In this document: positions 1-9,833 of the stretch, piece by piece | How the letters are laid out: each line of letters opens with the position of its first letter | How positions within the stretch are numbered: the stretch's first letter is position 1 | Assembly: GCA_050246315.1 (NCBI GenBank) | Contig: JBFWWG010000002.1 | Coordinates: forward strand, 1 to 64,000 | Length of the DNA stretch: 64,000 bases | From: Nitrospiraceae bacterium | GTDB lineage: Bacteria > Nitrospirota > Nitrospiria > Nitrospirales > Nitrospiraceae | Reading direction: 5' to 3' | Made by a program: the position numbers and the translations under genes | Notes under the pieces: model-generated | Told to the model about the DNA's origin: nothing | Databases searched by the model: none | What the model saw: only the letters and a program-made list of their open reading frames with translations

Positions 1-255
1 CGAAGATGAAGCGCCACGGAGATTTTGCGCCACGATGAACCGGGCTTTGGCCTCGCCCTTCAGACTGCGGCGCGCAGGACCAACGCTGAGAACAGAGGCA
101 AAGTCGACCAAGGTCAGGTTCGCTTTGTCGGCCAGTTGTTGCTGTTCCGCAAACTCGGCTGCCGACGCGGGCATGACAGACGCGGGGGGGGGGCGCGCCG
201 CGTTGCGAGCGCCATCGCTCCTACGGGGATGGACCATTGAAGCAGACGACTTATG
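1..255 (-). pseudogene. Decayed SYLF/Ysc84-family gene, 5' part (runs off the window edge)
   Basis: Manual translation from 174 downward gives MPASAAEFAEQQQLADKANLTLVDFAS...LKGEAKARFIVAQNLRGA, matching the 14094-14828 paralog (DFAEQQQLVEKARLTV...LKSEAKALFIVPQFVRGA). The RBS AGGAGGAG is followed by ATA instead of ATG. The frame shifts near the G10 run (184-193) and again near position 10. Confidence 0.7.
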
Positions 256-387
256 ACTTTCTCCTCCTGTTGTTGTGTGTGCGGCTTGACGCATCACCTG
301 TGTAGGTGCTGTCCCCTGATTGATCGACCCGGTTATCTCATTTTGAAGGCTCCACTATGAAGTGTCCCCATTCCTACGAAGACGCCA

Positions 388-745
388 TCACTGGCTCGAC
401 TTCCTGAACTCCATCGTCCCGCCGCCCGCCAGATCCATATACAGACCGTTTTCCTCCAGACGCCAGGCCCTGACCGCCGCCACATCGGCCAGAAACTGCC
501 GGTCCAGCGGTTCAGGCGGACAGGCGGCCATGGCTGAATGGGTCACTGAAAAGGTCGGGTGCGCCCTGTCCAGGTGAGAAGGTCCTCCGGCCCGGTTGCC
601 GTCGGCCCGGACATTGAGTTGTTCGTCTGGCTTGAGGCGAAAGGTATAGTGCTGTGGCTCTGTCGGCGTCGTCGAGGTTCCATCCACGCGGGCGGTACTG
701 TGCCACATCCAGACCTGATTCGCAACGGAGTTGGGAGCTATTGTT
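388..745 (-). pseudogene. META/HslJ-like domain, C-terminal half of a frameshifted gene
   Basis: VRADGNRAGG...MAACPPEPLDRQFL...GGTMEF resembles a META domain. It has no start or RBS of its own and overlaps the end of the 738-1265 ORF in a different frame. Confidence 0.6.
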
Positions 746-1265
746 GAGGGTCGTTGACCTTCACCAACCGTCTGCCTTGCAACGCATAGTAAATCCTGCT
801 GCGTTTGGTCGGGCAACAGATCGGATCGTCAGGAGCCTGGATGGTCAGGTCAAGGTTAACGAGCCCCCGTTCGACGGCGATCGAGTTCACGCGAATGCGA
901 TCGCCGAGGTGCGCACGATCCATGAGGATCCAGAGATGTTCCTGTTGCGACATGAGATAGAGGTCGGAGAAGACACCACTGCCGCCGGAATCCGTCACGA
1001 TCACGAGGGCCACGATCGTGCGGCCGTCGATGGTGCCCATTGCCACGAAGTCGGTCAGTCGGACCACAACCTTGGAGGCTGAGCCAGGCGCGGCAGGTTC
1101 CTCGTAGAGACCCTCGGCGAGCGAGGCCTGTCCGTTCTTCGTCCACTCCGAGGGGTAGGTCATGTTGCGCAGAATTTCACGGACCTCACGCTCCGCCTCT
1201 GCCATGGTGTTTTCGATCGGTGTCAAGGCGGGCAAGAGAAACACCGCCAATAGGAGACGTCCCAT
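738..1265 (-). CDS. Secreted protein, N-terminal domain of a META-associated protein (probably the split gene's first half)
   Basis: Signal-like MGRLLLAVFLLPAL. Motifs PAAPGSAS, GGSGVFSDL, LGDRIRV and DDPICCP are typical of domains fused upstream of META. Confidence 0.65.
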   Translation of the reverse strand: MGRLLLAVFLLPALTPIENTMAEAEREVREILRNMTYPSEWTKNGQASLAEGLYEEPAAPGSASKVVVRLTDFVAMGTIDGRTIVALVIVTDSGGSGVFSDLYLMSQQEHLWILMDRAHLGDRIRVNSIAVERGLVNLDLTIQAPDDPICCPTKRSRIYYALQGRRLVKVNDPQQ

Positions 1266-1329
1266 CGCGGGCCGTCGCCCGGGGCCTGGGTCGCGTAACG
1301 GCTGCTTGAAACAATTGTCGCGGTCGGGG

Positions 1330-1710
1330 CTATGTCCCAATGGATCCGTTCGAATCGAATGGGAGTGAGGTGAAATGGAAGAGGGCGATTCCGGCGGAAG
1401 AAGCCACATTGAGGGATTCCACTTCTTCTCGGGTTGTAATATAGAAACGGTCGGTCGGCAGGTGGCGCAGCTCATCGGTAAGGCCTCGGCTCTCATTTCC
1501 GAAGGCCAGAACCGAGCGCGCGGGTCTTCTGATAATCGTGGGAAGCGAGACTTCTTGCTTTCGATCTGAATCTCCTGCATACACGCGATAACGATACCGT
1601 TGGATATCCGCGAGGGTTGTCCCGGGCAGAACGGAAATTTGGAGGAGGGTGCTTGCAGTCGCGCGCACGGCCTCGGGACTGAAGGGATCTGCGGAGGTCG
1701 CGTGGAAGCC
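1330..1710 (-). pseudogene. 3' remnant of a TrmH/SpoU-family methyltransferase
   Basis: ADPFSPEAVRA...FGNESRGL...VESLNVASSAGI SPOUT motifs, paralogous to 28115-28984. The N-terminal half is absent. Confidence 0.75.
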
Positions 1711-1802
1711 GACCGGCAGGGCGTGCGTCACATGCGTTGTGCTTCACCTCCATGTGTTCACTGATCCAAGCCGCCTCGCTAACGGGTGAAGTCATTGCAT
1801 GG

Positions 1803-3242
1803 TCATTCCCCCATGGCCTTCCTAATCTCGGGTTCGTGCTGGGCGATGACTTTTTGAGCCGCCAGGACCACGAGATCACGGTCGCAGGTGGATTTTAAGA
1901 AGAGCCGTGTCACGACTCCGGCCAGATGCTCGGAGACCTCCCGCGGAGACTTCCAGTTCACGCCTTCTTTTTTGCAAGACTCGGGCAGGTCGCTCAGGTC
2001 CTCTGTCCACCGAGCATCGGTGTGCTGGAGGCGAATGAGGACGAACTGTAATCCTGCAGGCAACAGCCCCTGCTGCTGGGCCACCCGGAAAAAGAGGCCG
2101 CGATAGGCCAGGGAGCGTTCTTCCATGATGCTCGGAATCCGCGTATAGTCGGCGTCGAAGAACGAGAAACCCTCTTTCCGATGATTGAGCAGTTTGCCCC
2201 CGACATCGAAGGGAAACGAGCTGTCGAATGCCAGGATCACCGCGCGCTTGGCGCGCCCCTCCTGTAGCTGCTTCAAAGCGACCATGAGTAGAGACTCGGC
2301 GCCGGAGTTGTCCGCCATGCCGCCATCTCCAATGTGCCAGTACTGGTCTTCGCCTTCGATGCCCACCGTGATCGGTCCGATGATGGGAGGAAAGGACATG
2401 GACCCCGCCACGGCGGCCGCAACTCTGAATTGACACTTGTCGAGTTTCAAGTCCTCCGGAGTGCGACTCTGCAAGTCCTCCCATCTGGTTCGCAGAATCT
2501 GCTCGGCCTCGGGGGGCACATTCTGCCACCCGGGTTTCTGCTCGAGATCGCTGATGAAGTCGTACCGCAGTGCGTTGCGCTCCAGTGAACTCAGCACGAG
2601 GCGACGCCCGTCGTTATACAAGGTGGTGTTGACTAGAAAATACGGGCTGTCGCCACTCGCCTGCCGCTGGGCCAACTCTCGAAACCTGATCCCCTTGAAA
2701 TAGCGATCCTCCAGGATTTCGGCGAGTGACCTGGCCGTCCAGGCCGGATTGGCCATCCGCAGTCTCGACAAATTCCGCCAAAGCAGCGGCCACTCATAGT
2801 CGGTCACCATCGCTTCCTTGAATTCGGCAAAAAAGTCTTTGTACGCCTCCGTCAATTGACCGTCCGAGGTCAGCATCGGCACCTTGCGGGGGGGCTTCAG
2901 CACGTTGTAATAGGCGGAGGCCAGGCTTCCGCCCGACACGCTGGAGATGTACGAGACCTGTTCGAGCAACGAGTGTTGTTCGGGGCCGACCCGTAGTTGA
3001 CTCAGGGTTTCAAAGGCGCTGGCCGCGTATAGGGCGGCTCGACTCCCGCCTCCGGATACTGAGAGACCGACAAGGACCTCACGGTCAGGCGCCGGCTGCG
3101 TACAGTCCGGCAACACAGTCGAAGGTTTGAATCGCATCACCGGCGCTGTTACGCATCCCGATGCTGTGAGTCCAAGGACGAGACAGAGTACTGCGGAGAT
3201 CCAAATCCTGGCAGATGACGTGATTCGCATGAGAACGGGCAT
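1803..3242 (-). CDS. Patatin-like phospholipase lipoprotein
   Basis: SGGGSRAA oxyanion loop, SSVSGGS nucleophile, DGG motif, lipobox LTASGC, RBS GGAGG before ATG 3242. Confidence 0.85.
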   Translation of the reverse strand: MPVLMRITSSARIWISAVLCLVLGLTASGCVTAPVMRFKPSTVLPDCTQPAPDREVLVGLSVSGGGSRAALYAASAFETLSQLRVGPEQHSLLEQVSYISSVSGGSLASAYYNVLKPPRKVPMLTSDGQLTEAYKDFFAEFKEAMVTDYEWPLLWRNLSRLRMANPAWTARSLAEILEDRYFKGIRFRELAQRQASGDSPYFLVNTTLYNDGRRLVLSSLERNALRYDFISDLEQKPGWQNVPPEAEQILRTRWEDLQSRTPEDLKLDKCQFRVAAAVAGSMSFPPIIGPITVGIEGEDQYWHIGDGGMADNSGAESLLMVALKQLQEGRAKRAVILAFDSSFPFDVGGKLLNHRKEGFSFFDADYTRIPSIMEERSLAYRGLFFRVAQQQGLLPAGLQFVLIRLQHTDARWTEDLSDLPESCKKEGVNWKSPREVSEHLAGVVTRLFLKSTCDRDLVVLAAQKVIAQHEPEIRKAMGE

Positions 3243-3386
3243 TGTAATCCTCCATAGTCCTGCTCCCATTCCTGTGCTGCCAACCTCTGGATCAGGCTGA
3301 TCGGACAGAAGTTGATGTACGCTTCTGGAAACTGACTCACTACCGCGCGCCAGCGGTCCACCATCCTGGTTCAGATGATCGGATTC

Positions 3387-4910
3387 TCATCTCGATATCG
3401 TTTCGGCCCGCTCAAGCTGCTCGCGCGCCTTGCGTTGCATGCTCTGAGCTTGCATGGAGAGTTTATACGCGGCGTAGTACTTAAAAATGTTCCGAACATA
3501 GGTGGTCGTTTCCAAGCCGATCTTCTCGGCGGTGACGATCTCGACGTTATTGACCCACTTATCGGGATCAAACCCTCGTTTGGCGGCCAGCTTGCGCATT
3601 TTTGCAATCCTTCCCGGGCCGGCGTTGTAACTCGCGAACGCGAAGAGCGGTCGGTCAAACTCACTGAAATGTGCGTCCGGAAAATGGAGACTCATCAACC
3701 TGTCCATATATTTCGCTCCCGCATGGATATTGGACTCCGTCATCGTGATGTCGCCGACCTTCATTTCCGCCCCGGTCTTCGGCATGAGCTGCATGATGCC
3801 GATGGCGCCGACGTGGCTGCGCTTGCTCTGATCGAGGAGCGATTCCTGGTAGCCTTGCGCCACCAACATAAGCGGATCGAAGCGGTATCGTGTTCCGTAC
3901 TTCTCGAACAGGGCGATTGTTTGTTCGAAGCGCTTCCATTCGGCGGTGTCTGTCGGGTCCTTGATTTGCTTAATGCGGCTCATGTACGCCGTGAGCCGGG
4001 ACTCGACCAGACGTTGTTTCGCAACATAGCGTTTGTAAAAGTCATGGATCTCCGCGTCCAATCTTGGACTGTGCTTGCGGATCGCCCAGCCGATTCTGTC
4101 GTTCGCGCGCACACTGATGTCGGCCCGAACATGGATGTTCGGGAGGATCTGAGCCCAGATGTTTGCCAGCCAGTCTTTCACGACGGTCGCGTCAAAAAGG
4201 CCGGCATTCAACATCTCCATGATGTCCTCGTCTTCGAGTTCATCGGGCAGGAGCGTGAGAACGACGGAGGGTTTCCCCTCTGTTCTAAAACGATCATTCA
4301 GCGTCATCAAGCTCTCATAGTAACTTGAAGCCTTACGCACATGGATGACCTTGCCGGCGAGGTCGTCAAGGGAGCGGATCGCAGGCGACTTCGGACCGGT
4401 CAGCAGCAATTCCGATACCATCGGAAGACCGGCCGGAGCAACAAAGTCCACAACCTTGAGCCGCTCGGGGGTGACCGTCAAATTGCCTGCCGCAATGTCG
4501 CCGAGACCATTCGCCACGTCTGTGAAGATCCGGTCCCGCGTCGCAGGGACCATGATGACGGTGAGCGGGCGGTTCCGCAGCCGTTTCGCGTACTTCTGGT
4601 TGAGATAGCGTTCGAAGTCTTGTACGAAGTCGGCGGCGATGCCCCTCTGGCGGCCCCTATCAGTGAAGTACAGAGTCCGACTATAGGGGACGAGGACCCG
4701 GATGACGCGACGCTCGAGCAGGTGATCAAAATCGCCTGTCCACTGTCTTCTGGTGAGATCCGGAGATCGTGCCTGCGTCGTGTCATGTTCAGACACGGGA
4801 GCAGGTTCTTGTGCTTGCCCCGTACTCCCCGAAAACAGCATCAGCAGGCAGACGAATAAATTCGGGAGGTTCGCCCTTCGTCGACCGCTGGGGTTCTGTG
4901 CGAACGTCAT
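3387..4910 (-). CDS. mltF: MltF-like lytic transglycosylase (substrate-binding domain plus SLT domain)
   Basis: GDIAAGNLTVTPER SBP motif; SLT motifs YQES, GAIGIMQLMP, ASYNAGPG, ETTTYV. Start is uncertain (4910 or 4931). Confidence 0.85.
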   Translation of the reverse strand: MTFAQNPSGRRRANLPNLFVCLLMLFSGSTGQAQEPAPVSEHDTTQARSPDLTRRQWTGDFDHLLERRVIRVLVPYSRTLYFTDRGRQRGIAADFVQDFERYLNQKYAKRLRNRPLTVIMVPATRDRIFTDVANGLGDIAAGNLTVTPERLKVVDFVAPAGLPMVSELLLTGPKSPAIRSLDDLAGKVIHVRKASSYYESLMTLNDRFRTEGKPSVVLTLLPDELEDEDIMEMLNAGLFDATVVKDWLANIWAQILPNIHVRADISVRANDRIGWAIRKHSPRLDAEIHDFYKRYVAKQRLVESRLTAYMSRIKQIKDPTDTAEWKRFEQTIALFEKYGTRYRFDPLMLVAQGYQESLLDQSKRSHVGAIGIMQLMPKTGAEMKVGDITMTESNIHAGAKYMDRLMSLHFPDAHFSEFDRPLFAFASYNAGPGRIAKMRKLAAKRGFDPDKWVNNVEIVTAEKIGLETTTYVRNIFKYYAAYKLSMQAQSMQRKAREQLERAETISR

Positions 4911-5157
4911 GATGGTACTCTGAACGCGCAAGGGTGACCGAAAGGAGCGCGGTCATCCGATGGTCCTTCCTTCGCCGGTTGGTCGAGGCGCCTCACGATG
5001 TCATCGGTTCGCATGCGGCCCTTGCGGCTTAACGGCTCACATCCGGTGGGAAGATCACAAAAGAGGCAGACAATCGCACGCGGGACATTATATTGTGTGC
5101 CTTCGTGTACGCCCTTCGTCCCGCACGCCGTTCTGGCGAACGAGGCGAGGGGCGTCT

Positions 5158-5289
5158 TCAGCGTAAGGAGCAGCTCCAGATCGTCAGCGTTGCGGTATGG
5201 AAAAACATCGGTGCGGGCGCTGAGCCCGTATACTCGACGGCGATCGTCAGCGGGAGAGACGCCAGCAACCAATGCACCGAGGGCTTCAT
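5158..5289 (-). pseudogene. N-terminal remnant of a Ca2+/H+ antiporter (ChaA/Cax-like)
   Basis: MKPSVHWLLASLPLTIAVEYTGSAPAPMFF resembles the first TM segment of Cax exchangers. It stops after 43 codons. Confidence 0.45.
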
Positions 5290-5324
5290 GAAGCGACATC
5301 GTCCGCGAGATGACCTGGACGATC

Positions 5325-5798
5325 CTATCCCACCTTGTATCCTTTTCCCTCCAAACAGACGCCGTAGGCTCGATTGAATTTCTGCTGATTCGCCTGGCGA
5401 TCTGCCGCTTGCTCCTGGACCTGGTGTTGGTACTCCATCTCGGCGCGACGTCGTCGCACCGCACCCGCGCCGCCTCCGACGGCAGCCCCGATCGCGGCAC
5501 CCTTGCCGGCATCGCCGCCGATGGCGCCCCCGATTGCGCCGAGCGCCGCGCCCCCCGCCGCTCCGCGTACGGCTTGCCCGCCTTGTGGCGGAGGCGGCGG
5601 AGCTGCGGCGGTTTGCTGATTGGGGTCGATCCCGGTCTGTTCCTTGGCCCATTTGTAACAGGTGAATTGATCCAGCTCTTGCTGGTCCTTGGATTGTCCC
5701 TTTTCAGGAAAAATAAACATTTGGGCATCAATGTCAGTTGAGATGCCTATCAGAACGACGAGCAGTGGCATGCCGGCAACAAAGCCTGTACGAGTCAT
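5325..5798 (-). CDS. Secreted glycine-zipper protein
   Basis: Signal peptide; FPEKGQSKDQQELDQFTCY; GAAGGAALGAIGGAIGGDAGKGAAIGAAVGG zipper; C-terminal CLEGKGY. Confidence 0.85.
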   Translation of the reverse strand: MTRTGFVAGMPLLVVLIGISTDIDAQMFIFPEKGQSKDQQELDQFTCYKWAKEQTGIDPNQQTAAAPPPPPQGGQAVRGAAGGAALGAIGGAIGGDAGKGAAIGAAVGGGAGAVRRRRAEMEYQHQVQEQAADRQANQQKFNRAYGVCLEGKGYKVG

Positions 5799-5839
5799 AG
5801 ATGCCTCCGAATGGTTTGCGATGGTGGGTGTGCCTATTG

Positions 5840-6376
5840 TCAATTCTTCTCCGGGATTCGATAGGTCAACGAAGGCCAGACGGCAACGCCCTCGCCTTCC
5901 TGTTCGGCAGTCTCGAAACCCGTCACGGTCGTCATCTGACGCACCAGAATGCGCGAGATCATTTCCCCTTCTCCGGTAATGCCCTCGAATCGTCCTGTGC
6001 CCCCTTCGATCTTGAAGGGTCCGCGGCAGCCTTCCAGGTCCCCGGTACAAGAGAACCGTGCGTAGATGCGGTTGCCGTCCTCATCAGTCAGAATGCAGCG
6101 CCCCTGCCCCGTCTTGGTCATCGTCTTCAAATCACCTTCGGCGGTGGCGGGACAGACGATGGACGCGGCATGCAGGGCGCCTTTCCCGTCATCGACAAAG
6201 AAAGTTCCGCTATACACCCCCACCAAATAGGCTTGGTCCTGGCCGACCGGAAACACGAACGAGCGCGCCCTCCATGTGGCCGTCGCCTTCACCGTGCCTT
6301 CTTCCGCGCCGACAACAGAACCGGAACCCACGAACATCGCAAGAGCCGCCAACACCGCAATCCCCATCATTTTCAT
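5840..6376 (-). CDS. Secreted hypothetical beta-rich protein
   Basis: RBS AGAGGAGG, signal peptide ending VVGA, GGTGRFEGITGEG motif of small beta-barrel proteins. Confidence 0.75.
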   Translation of the reverse strand: MKMMGIAVLAALAMFVGSGSVVGAEEGTVKATATWRARSFVFPVGQDQAYLVGVYSGTFFVDDGKGALHAASIVCPATAEGDLKTMTKTGQGRCILTDEDGNRIYARFSCTGDLEGCRGPFKIEGGTGRFEGITGEGEMISRILVRQMTTVTGFETAEQEGEGVAVWPSLTYRIPEKN

Positions 6377-6580
6377 GTTTCCCCTCCTCTGGCATTCCGC
6401 TAAACATGCCCTTCGGTGTGAAATGGACGCCGAAGGTACCTCCTGTGAGTAAGAACCAGTCATGCAGATGTTGCTTGCCGAACCGTGGCCAACTCCGGAA
6501 ACGGCTACCTGTGCAAAGCGGTTGTCGTCGATCAACGTTATAGTGGGCGAGTGTTGCGTTCCGTAAGTTTCGGTAATAAT

Positions 6581-6657
6581 CCGTTCGCCCTGAGCGTGCC
6601 GAAGGACGCCCACTTTCAAGGAGTTCCGTTCATGGTTCGACAGGCTCACCACGAACG
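6581..6657. repeat. REP/MITE-like inverted repeat element
   Basis: Left arm CCGTTCGCCCTGAGCGTGCCGAAGG and right arm GGTTCGACAGGCTCACCACGAACG are imperfect inverted copies, in the style of a widespread intergenic repeat family. Confidence 0.7.
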
Positions 6658-6945
6658 AACTTGTGGGATGCAACACGAGGAAATCACGATGACATCACAT
6701 CGTTGCTCCGGTGCGGCAACTATCGCTGAACCGCGAGGTATTGTCCACTGCTCCGTGTCGCCCTCCGTGCACTGACCGAGGAAGAAACGTCGTTCAACTC
6801 GCAATCCATCAGCCAAGAGCTTCCCCCGGTCAGCTCGGCTTCTGGGATTCACGCCCAGATTGAACTCATCCGACGTACCGGCTCTCTTTGCAACCTCGCG
6901 GGCGCGACCTTCCTCCCAAACATGCTGTCTCGTGAGGGCCATGGC

Positions 6946-9384
6946 CTATTCTGTATATTGCACGTGCACGGTTTCGACCTTCCCATTGAAGGCAAACGGA
7001 GCCTTGTCGAAGTAGTCCAGTGACACCGGTGATCCTAGGTCCGTCCCGATATCGAGGCAATCATTCGCGGTGAACAAGAGCGGCGCGGATACCGGCACGA
7101 TGTTCGGTCCCACCTCCACCCCTTGGACCTGCGCCACCTTATCCGCCTCCTGCCCGTTGACCTTGGTGACCGTCTGAACCTCCTTGCCGTTCACCTTCAG
7201 GACGATCTTCAGCGGACCGCCCGGTTTGGGGACGACATAGGATGTCATCACTTCGATCTTCACCTTCCCGGCCGGAAGAGTATCTTTGCTGCACATGCGC
7301 GTCCGCATGATCTCGAACAGGTTGTATTCATAGCACAGGATGCCATCTTTCACGTACGTGGTGAGGCCCGCGGAGAACGCACCTAGGGCATACAAAACGC
7401 CGTTGGCATTCGCGGGAATATCCGCGTCGATCGTGACCTGGTTCGGCTTATTTCCCAGGCCCGGCGCGGCGAATTCCGGCATGCGCGTGACATCGCCCGC
7501 AAAGGTCCACTCCTTATATGGTGTCGCAATGCGTTGCTCCGGGTGAAAGACCGGAATATAGAGCCCGCCACCGACGGGATACACATCGTTCCGCGCTGCC
7601 TCGATGGCGAACATCTCTTTCATCTGAGCGAGTTTCTCCGGCATCTTGGCGGCTAAGTCGTCGGCCTGTGTCCAGTCTTCGTCCAGATTGTACAGCTCCC
7701 ATCGATCCTTATCCGGTGTCCATTCCAGGATGCCGGGTGGGAGTCCGGGAACCCAGGGGATTCGTGGGCCGAAGGCCGAGGCGATCCACCCGTCGTGGTA
7801 GATGGCCCGGCTTGCCATGACCTCAAAATACTGAGTCAGCTTCCGTCCCTTGGCCCTCGGGTCGCCGAACGTGTAGGCCAGGCTGATACCGTCGATCGGG
7901 TCTTGCGGCACGCCGTTCACTTCGCGCGGCGGGGTGATCTTGAGCAGATCATAAATGGTCGGGGCGATATCATTCACATGATGAAATTGGGTGCGCGGCG
8001 TCCGGTCATGCGTAATCTTCTTCGGCCACGACACGGCCATCGGCTGGCGAGTTCCGCCGAAATGCGACGCCACCAGTTTGGTGGCCTGGTACGGCGTGCT
8101 GCCGGCCCAAGCCCAGCCCGCATGGTACATGTTGTCCGCTTTTGGAGTCCCGAGCACATCGAGCCCGCCGAGTTCGTTCATCGCGTGGATATGCTGCGAG
8201 ATCTTGGTGGGAATGCCGTTCTGGGCCAGTAGCTCGCTGATCGTGCCGTTCTGCCCTTCCGCGGAGGACCCGTTGTCCCCCCAGATATAGAAGATCAGCG
8301 TGTTGTCGCCGTAGCCGAGCCGTTCGATTTCATCGAAGATGCGGCCGGCGTGGTGATCGGCGTGCTCGGCAAAGCCCGCGAAGACCTCCATGAGGCGCCG
8401 CTGAAAGGGCTTCTCATCCTCGGGGATACTCTCCCACGCGGGCATTGATTCGGCTCGTGGAGTCAGTTTCGCATTGGCGGGAATCCAGCCCATCTCCTTC
8501 TGGCGTTTGAAGGCACGCTCGCGATACTTGTCCCATCCGTCGTCGAACTTACCCTTATACTTGTCGGCCCACTCCTTCATGATGTGATGGGGGCCGTGGA
8601 CCGCGCCCGATGCCCAATACATGAAGAACGGCTTGTCCGGCTGAAACGCCTTGTGCTTCCGGAGCCAGCCGATCGCATCATCGGCGATGTCCTCGGTCAC
8701 GTGATAGCCCTGTTCGGGCGACTTCGGCGGAGGAACGATAGTCGTGTTGCGCACGAGGTTCGGCTCGTATTGGGACGATTCCCCTGCGAGGAACCCATAG
8801 AAGTATTCGAAGCCGTAGCCGGTGGGCCAATAGTCAAACGGGCCCGCTGCCGTGGTTTGTTCAGCGGGAGTGTTGTGCCACTTGCCGAAGGCGGCGGTCT
8901 TGTATCCGTAATCTTTCAGCACCTCGGCGACGGTCGCGCTGCTCTTTGGGATGGTGCCGGAGTAGCCGTCCCAGTCGTTGGCTAATTCGGCGATCTGTCC
9001 ATTCCCTACCCGATGATGGTTGCGCCCGGTCAACAGCGAAGCTCGCGTGGGTGAGCACATGGCCGTGGAGTGAAACCGGTTGTAGGAAATGCCGGCTTTT
9101 TCGATGCGGTCGAGGTTTGGCGTGTGGACTTCCCCGCCATAGGTGCCGGGCAGGCCTGGACCTGCGTCGTCAATAAGCACGATAAGAATATTGGGCGCAT
9201 CGGCGGGTAGACGACGGGGTTCGTCTCGCCGCTTGTACACGGATTCCTGTATCGTTCGGCCCGCGATACTCGCGGATGGGATTGGAGGGAAGGGAAGGGA
9301 TTCCTGCGCAAACGCGACGGTGGGGACAAGGGCTGCGCAGACCGATGCCAATGCGGCAATGGCTAACGGGACGCGAAGTTGCAT
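6946..9384 (-). CDS. Arylsulfatase (formylglycine-dependent, Cys-type)
   Basis: PNILIVLIDDAG, CSPTRASLLTGR, FGKWH and GDNG motifs; signal peptide; RBS AAGGAG before ATG 9384. Confidence 0.93.
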   Translation of the reverse strand: MQLRVPLAIAALASVCAALVPTVAFAQESLPFPPIPSASIAGRTIQESVYKRRDEPRRLPADAPNILIVLIDDAGPGLPGTYGGEVHTPNLDRIEKAGISYNRFHSTAMCSPTRASLLTGRNHHRVGNGQIAELANDWDGYSGTIPKSSATVAEVLKDYGYKTAAFGKWHNTPAEQTTAAGPFDYWPTGYGFEYFYGFLAGESSQYEPNLVRNTTIVPPPKSPEQGYHVTEDIADDAIGWLRKHKAFQPDKPFFMYWASGAVHGPHHIMKEWADKYKGKFDDGWDKYRERAFKRQKEMGWIPANAKLTPRAESMPAWESIPEDEKPFQRRLMEVFAGFAEHADHHAGRIFDEIERLGYGDNTLIFYIWGDNGSSAEGQNGTISELLAQNGIPTKISQHIHAMNELGGLDVLGTPKADNMYHAGWAWAGSTPYQATKLVASHFGGTRQPMAVSWPKKITHDRTPRTQFHHVNDIAPTIYDLLKITPPREVNGVPQDPIDGISLAYTFGDPRAKGRKLTQYFEVMASRAIYHDGWIASAFGPRIPWVPGLPPGILEWTPDKDRWELYNLDEDWTQADDLAAKMPEKLAQMKEMFAIEAARNDVYPVGGGLYIPVFHPEQRIATPYKEWTFAGDVTRMPEFAAPGLGNKPNQVTIDADIPANANGVLYALGAFSAGLTTYVKDGILCYEYNLFEIMRTRMCSKDTLPAGKVKIEVMTSYVVPKPGGPLKIVLKVNGKEVQTVTKVNGQEADKVAQVQGVEVGPNIVPVSAPLLFTANDCLDIGTDLGSPVSLDYFDKAPFAFNGKVETVHVQYTE

Positions 9385-9519
9385 GCTGTTCTCCTTGGTT
9401 TGTTCACTGATCAATTGTCACCGTCTTCTCAGCCGGCGGGCATTCTCCTGTTTGCGGTCAGAAGCCTCTCCGTACCGACTTCAGAACGCCATGTACCAGA
9501 GATGTGAACTTGCCGTTCT

Positions 9520-9548
9520 TTGACAAGGCTATATACAGACTGTATATT
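9520..9548 (+). promoter_or_regulatory. Sigma70 promoter with overlapping palindromic operator of the TA operon
   Basis: TTGACA(9520-9525)-N17-TATATT(9543-9548); perfect inverted repeat ATATACAG-A-CTGTATAT at 9531-9547. Confidence 0.85.
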
Positions 9549-9554
9549 AACTAT

Positions 9555-9833
9555 ATGAAGACTCTGACCATTACGGCTGCGAGAAAGAATCTCAGTCGTT
9601 GGCTGGCGGCTGCGTCCCGCGGCGAGGACGTCGGGATTATCTGTGGGGCCGACATCATCGCACTGCGAAAGGTCGAGGTGGAATCCACTGACTACGCGCA
9701 GCGCGAATACGGAGTGACGCATGAACAAGTCTCCGCTCTGGAGCAGGCCACGGACAGACACTACCGGCGACTCAAGCGCTCGGGAAAACTGATTAGCCTC
9801 ACGGCCGAGCAACTGAGGAAGATGCTTGGCTAA
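9555..9833 (+). CDS. Type II antitoxin, Phd/YefM-like
   Basis: MKTLTITAARKNLSRWLAAASRGEDVGI Phd-like N-terminus; overlaps a RelE-like gene. Confidence 0.75.
   Translation: MKTLTITAARKNLSRWLAAASRGEDVGIICGADIIALRKVEVESTDYAQREYGVTHEQVSALEQATDRHYRRLKRSGKLISLTAEQLRKMLG

Noticed and set aside
6780..6940. Group II intron 5' fragment or ncRNA downstream of the sulfatase
   Set aside because: Only a short hairpin (CTGGG...CCCAG) is suggestive; no GTGCG start, domain V or RT is recognisable.
9531..9547. LexA/SOS box
   Set aside because: Half-sites are ordered ACAG-A-CTGT rather than CTGT-N8-ACAG; better explained as the TA autoregulatory operator.
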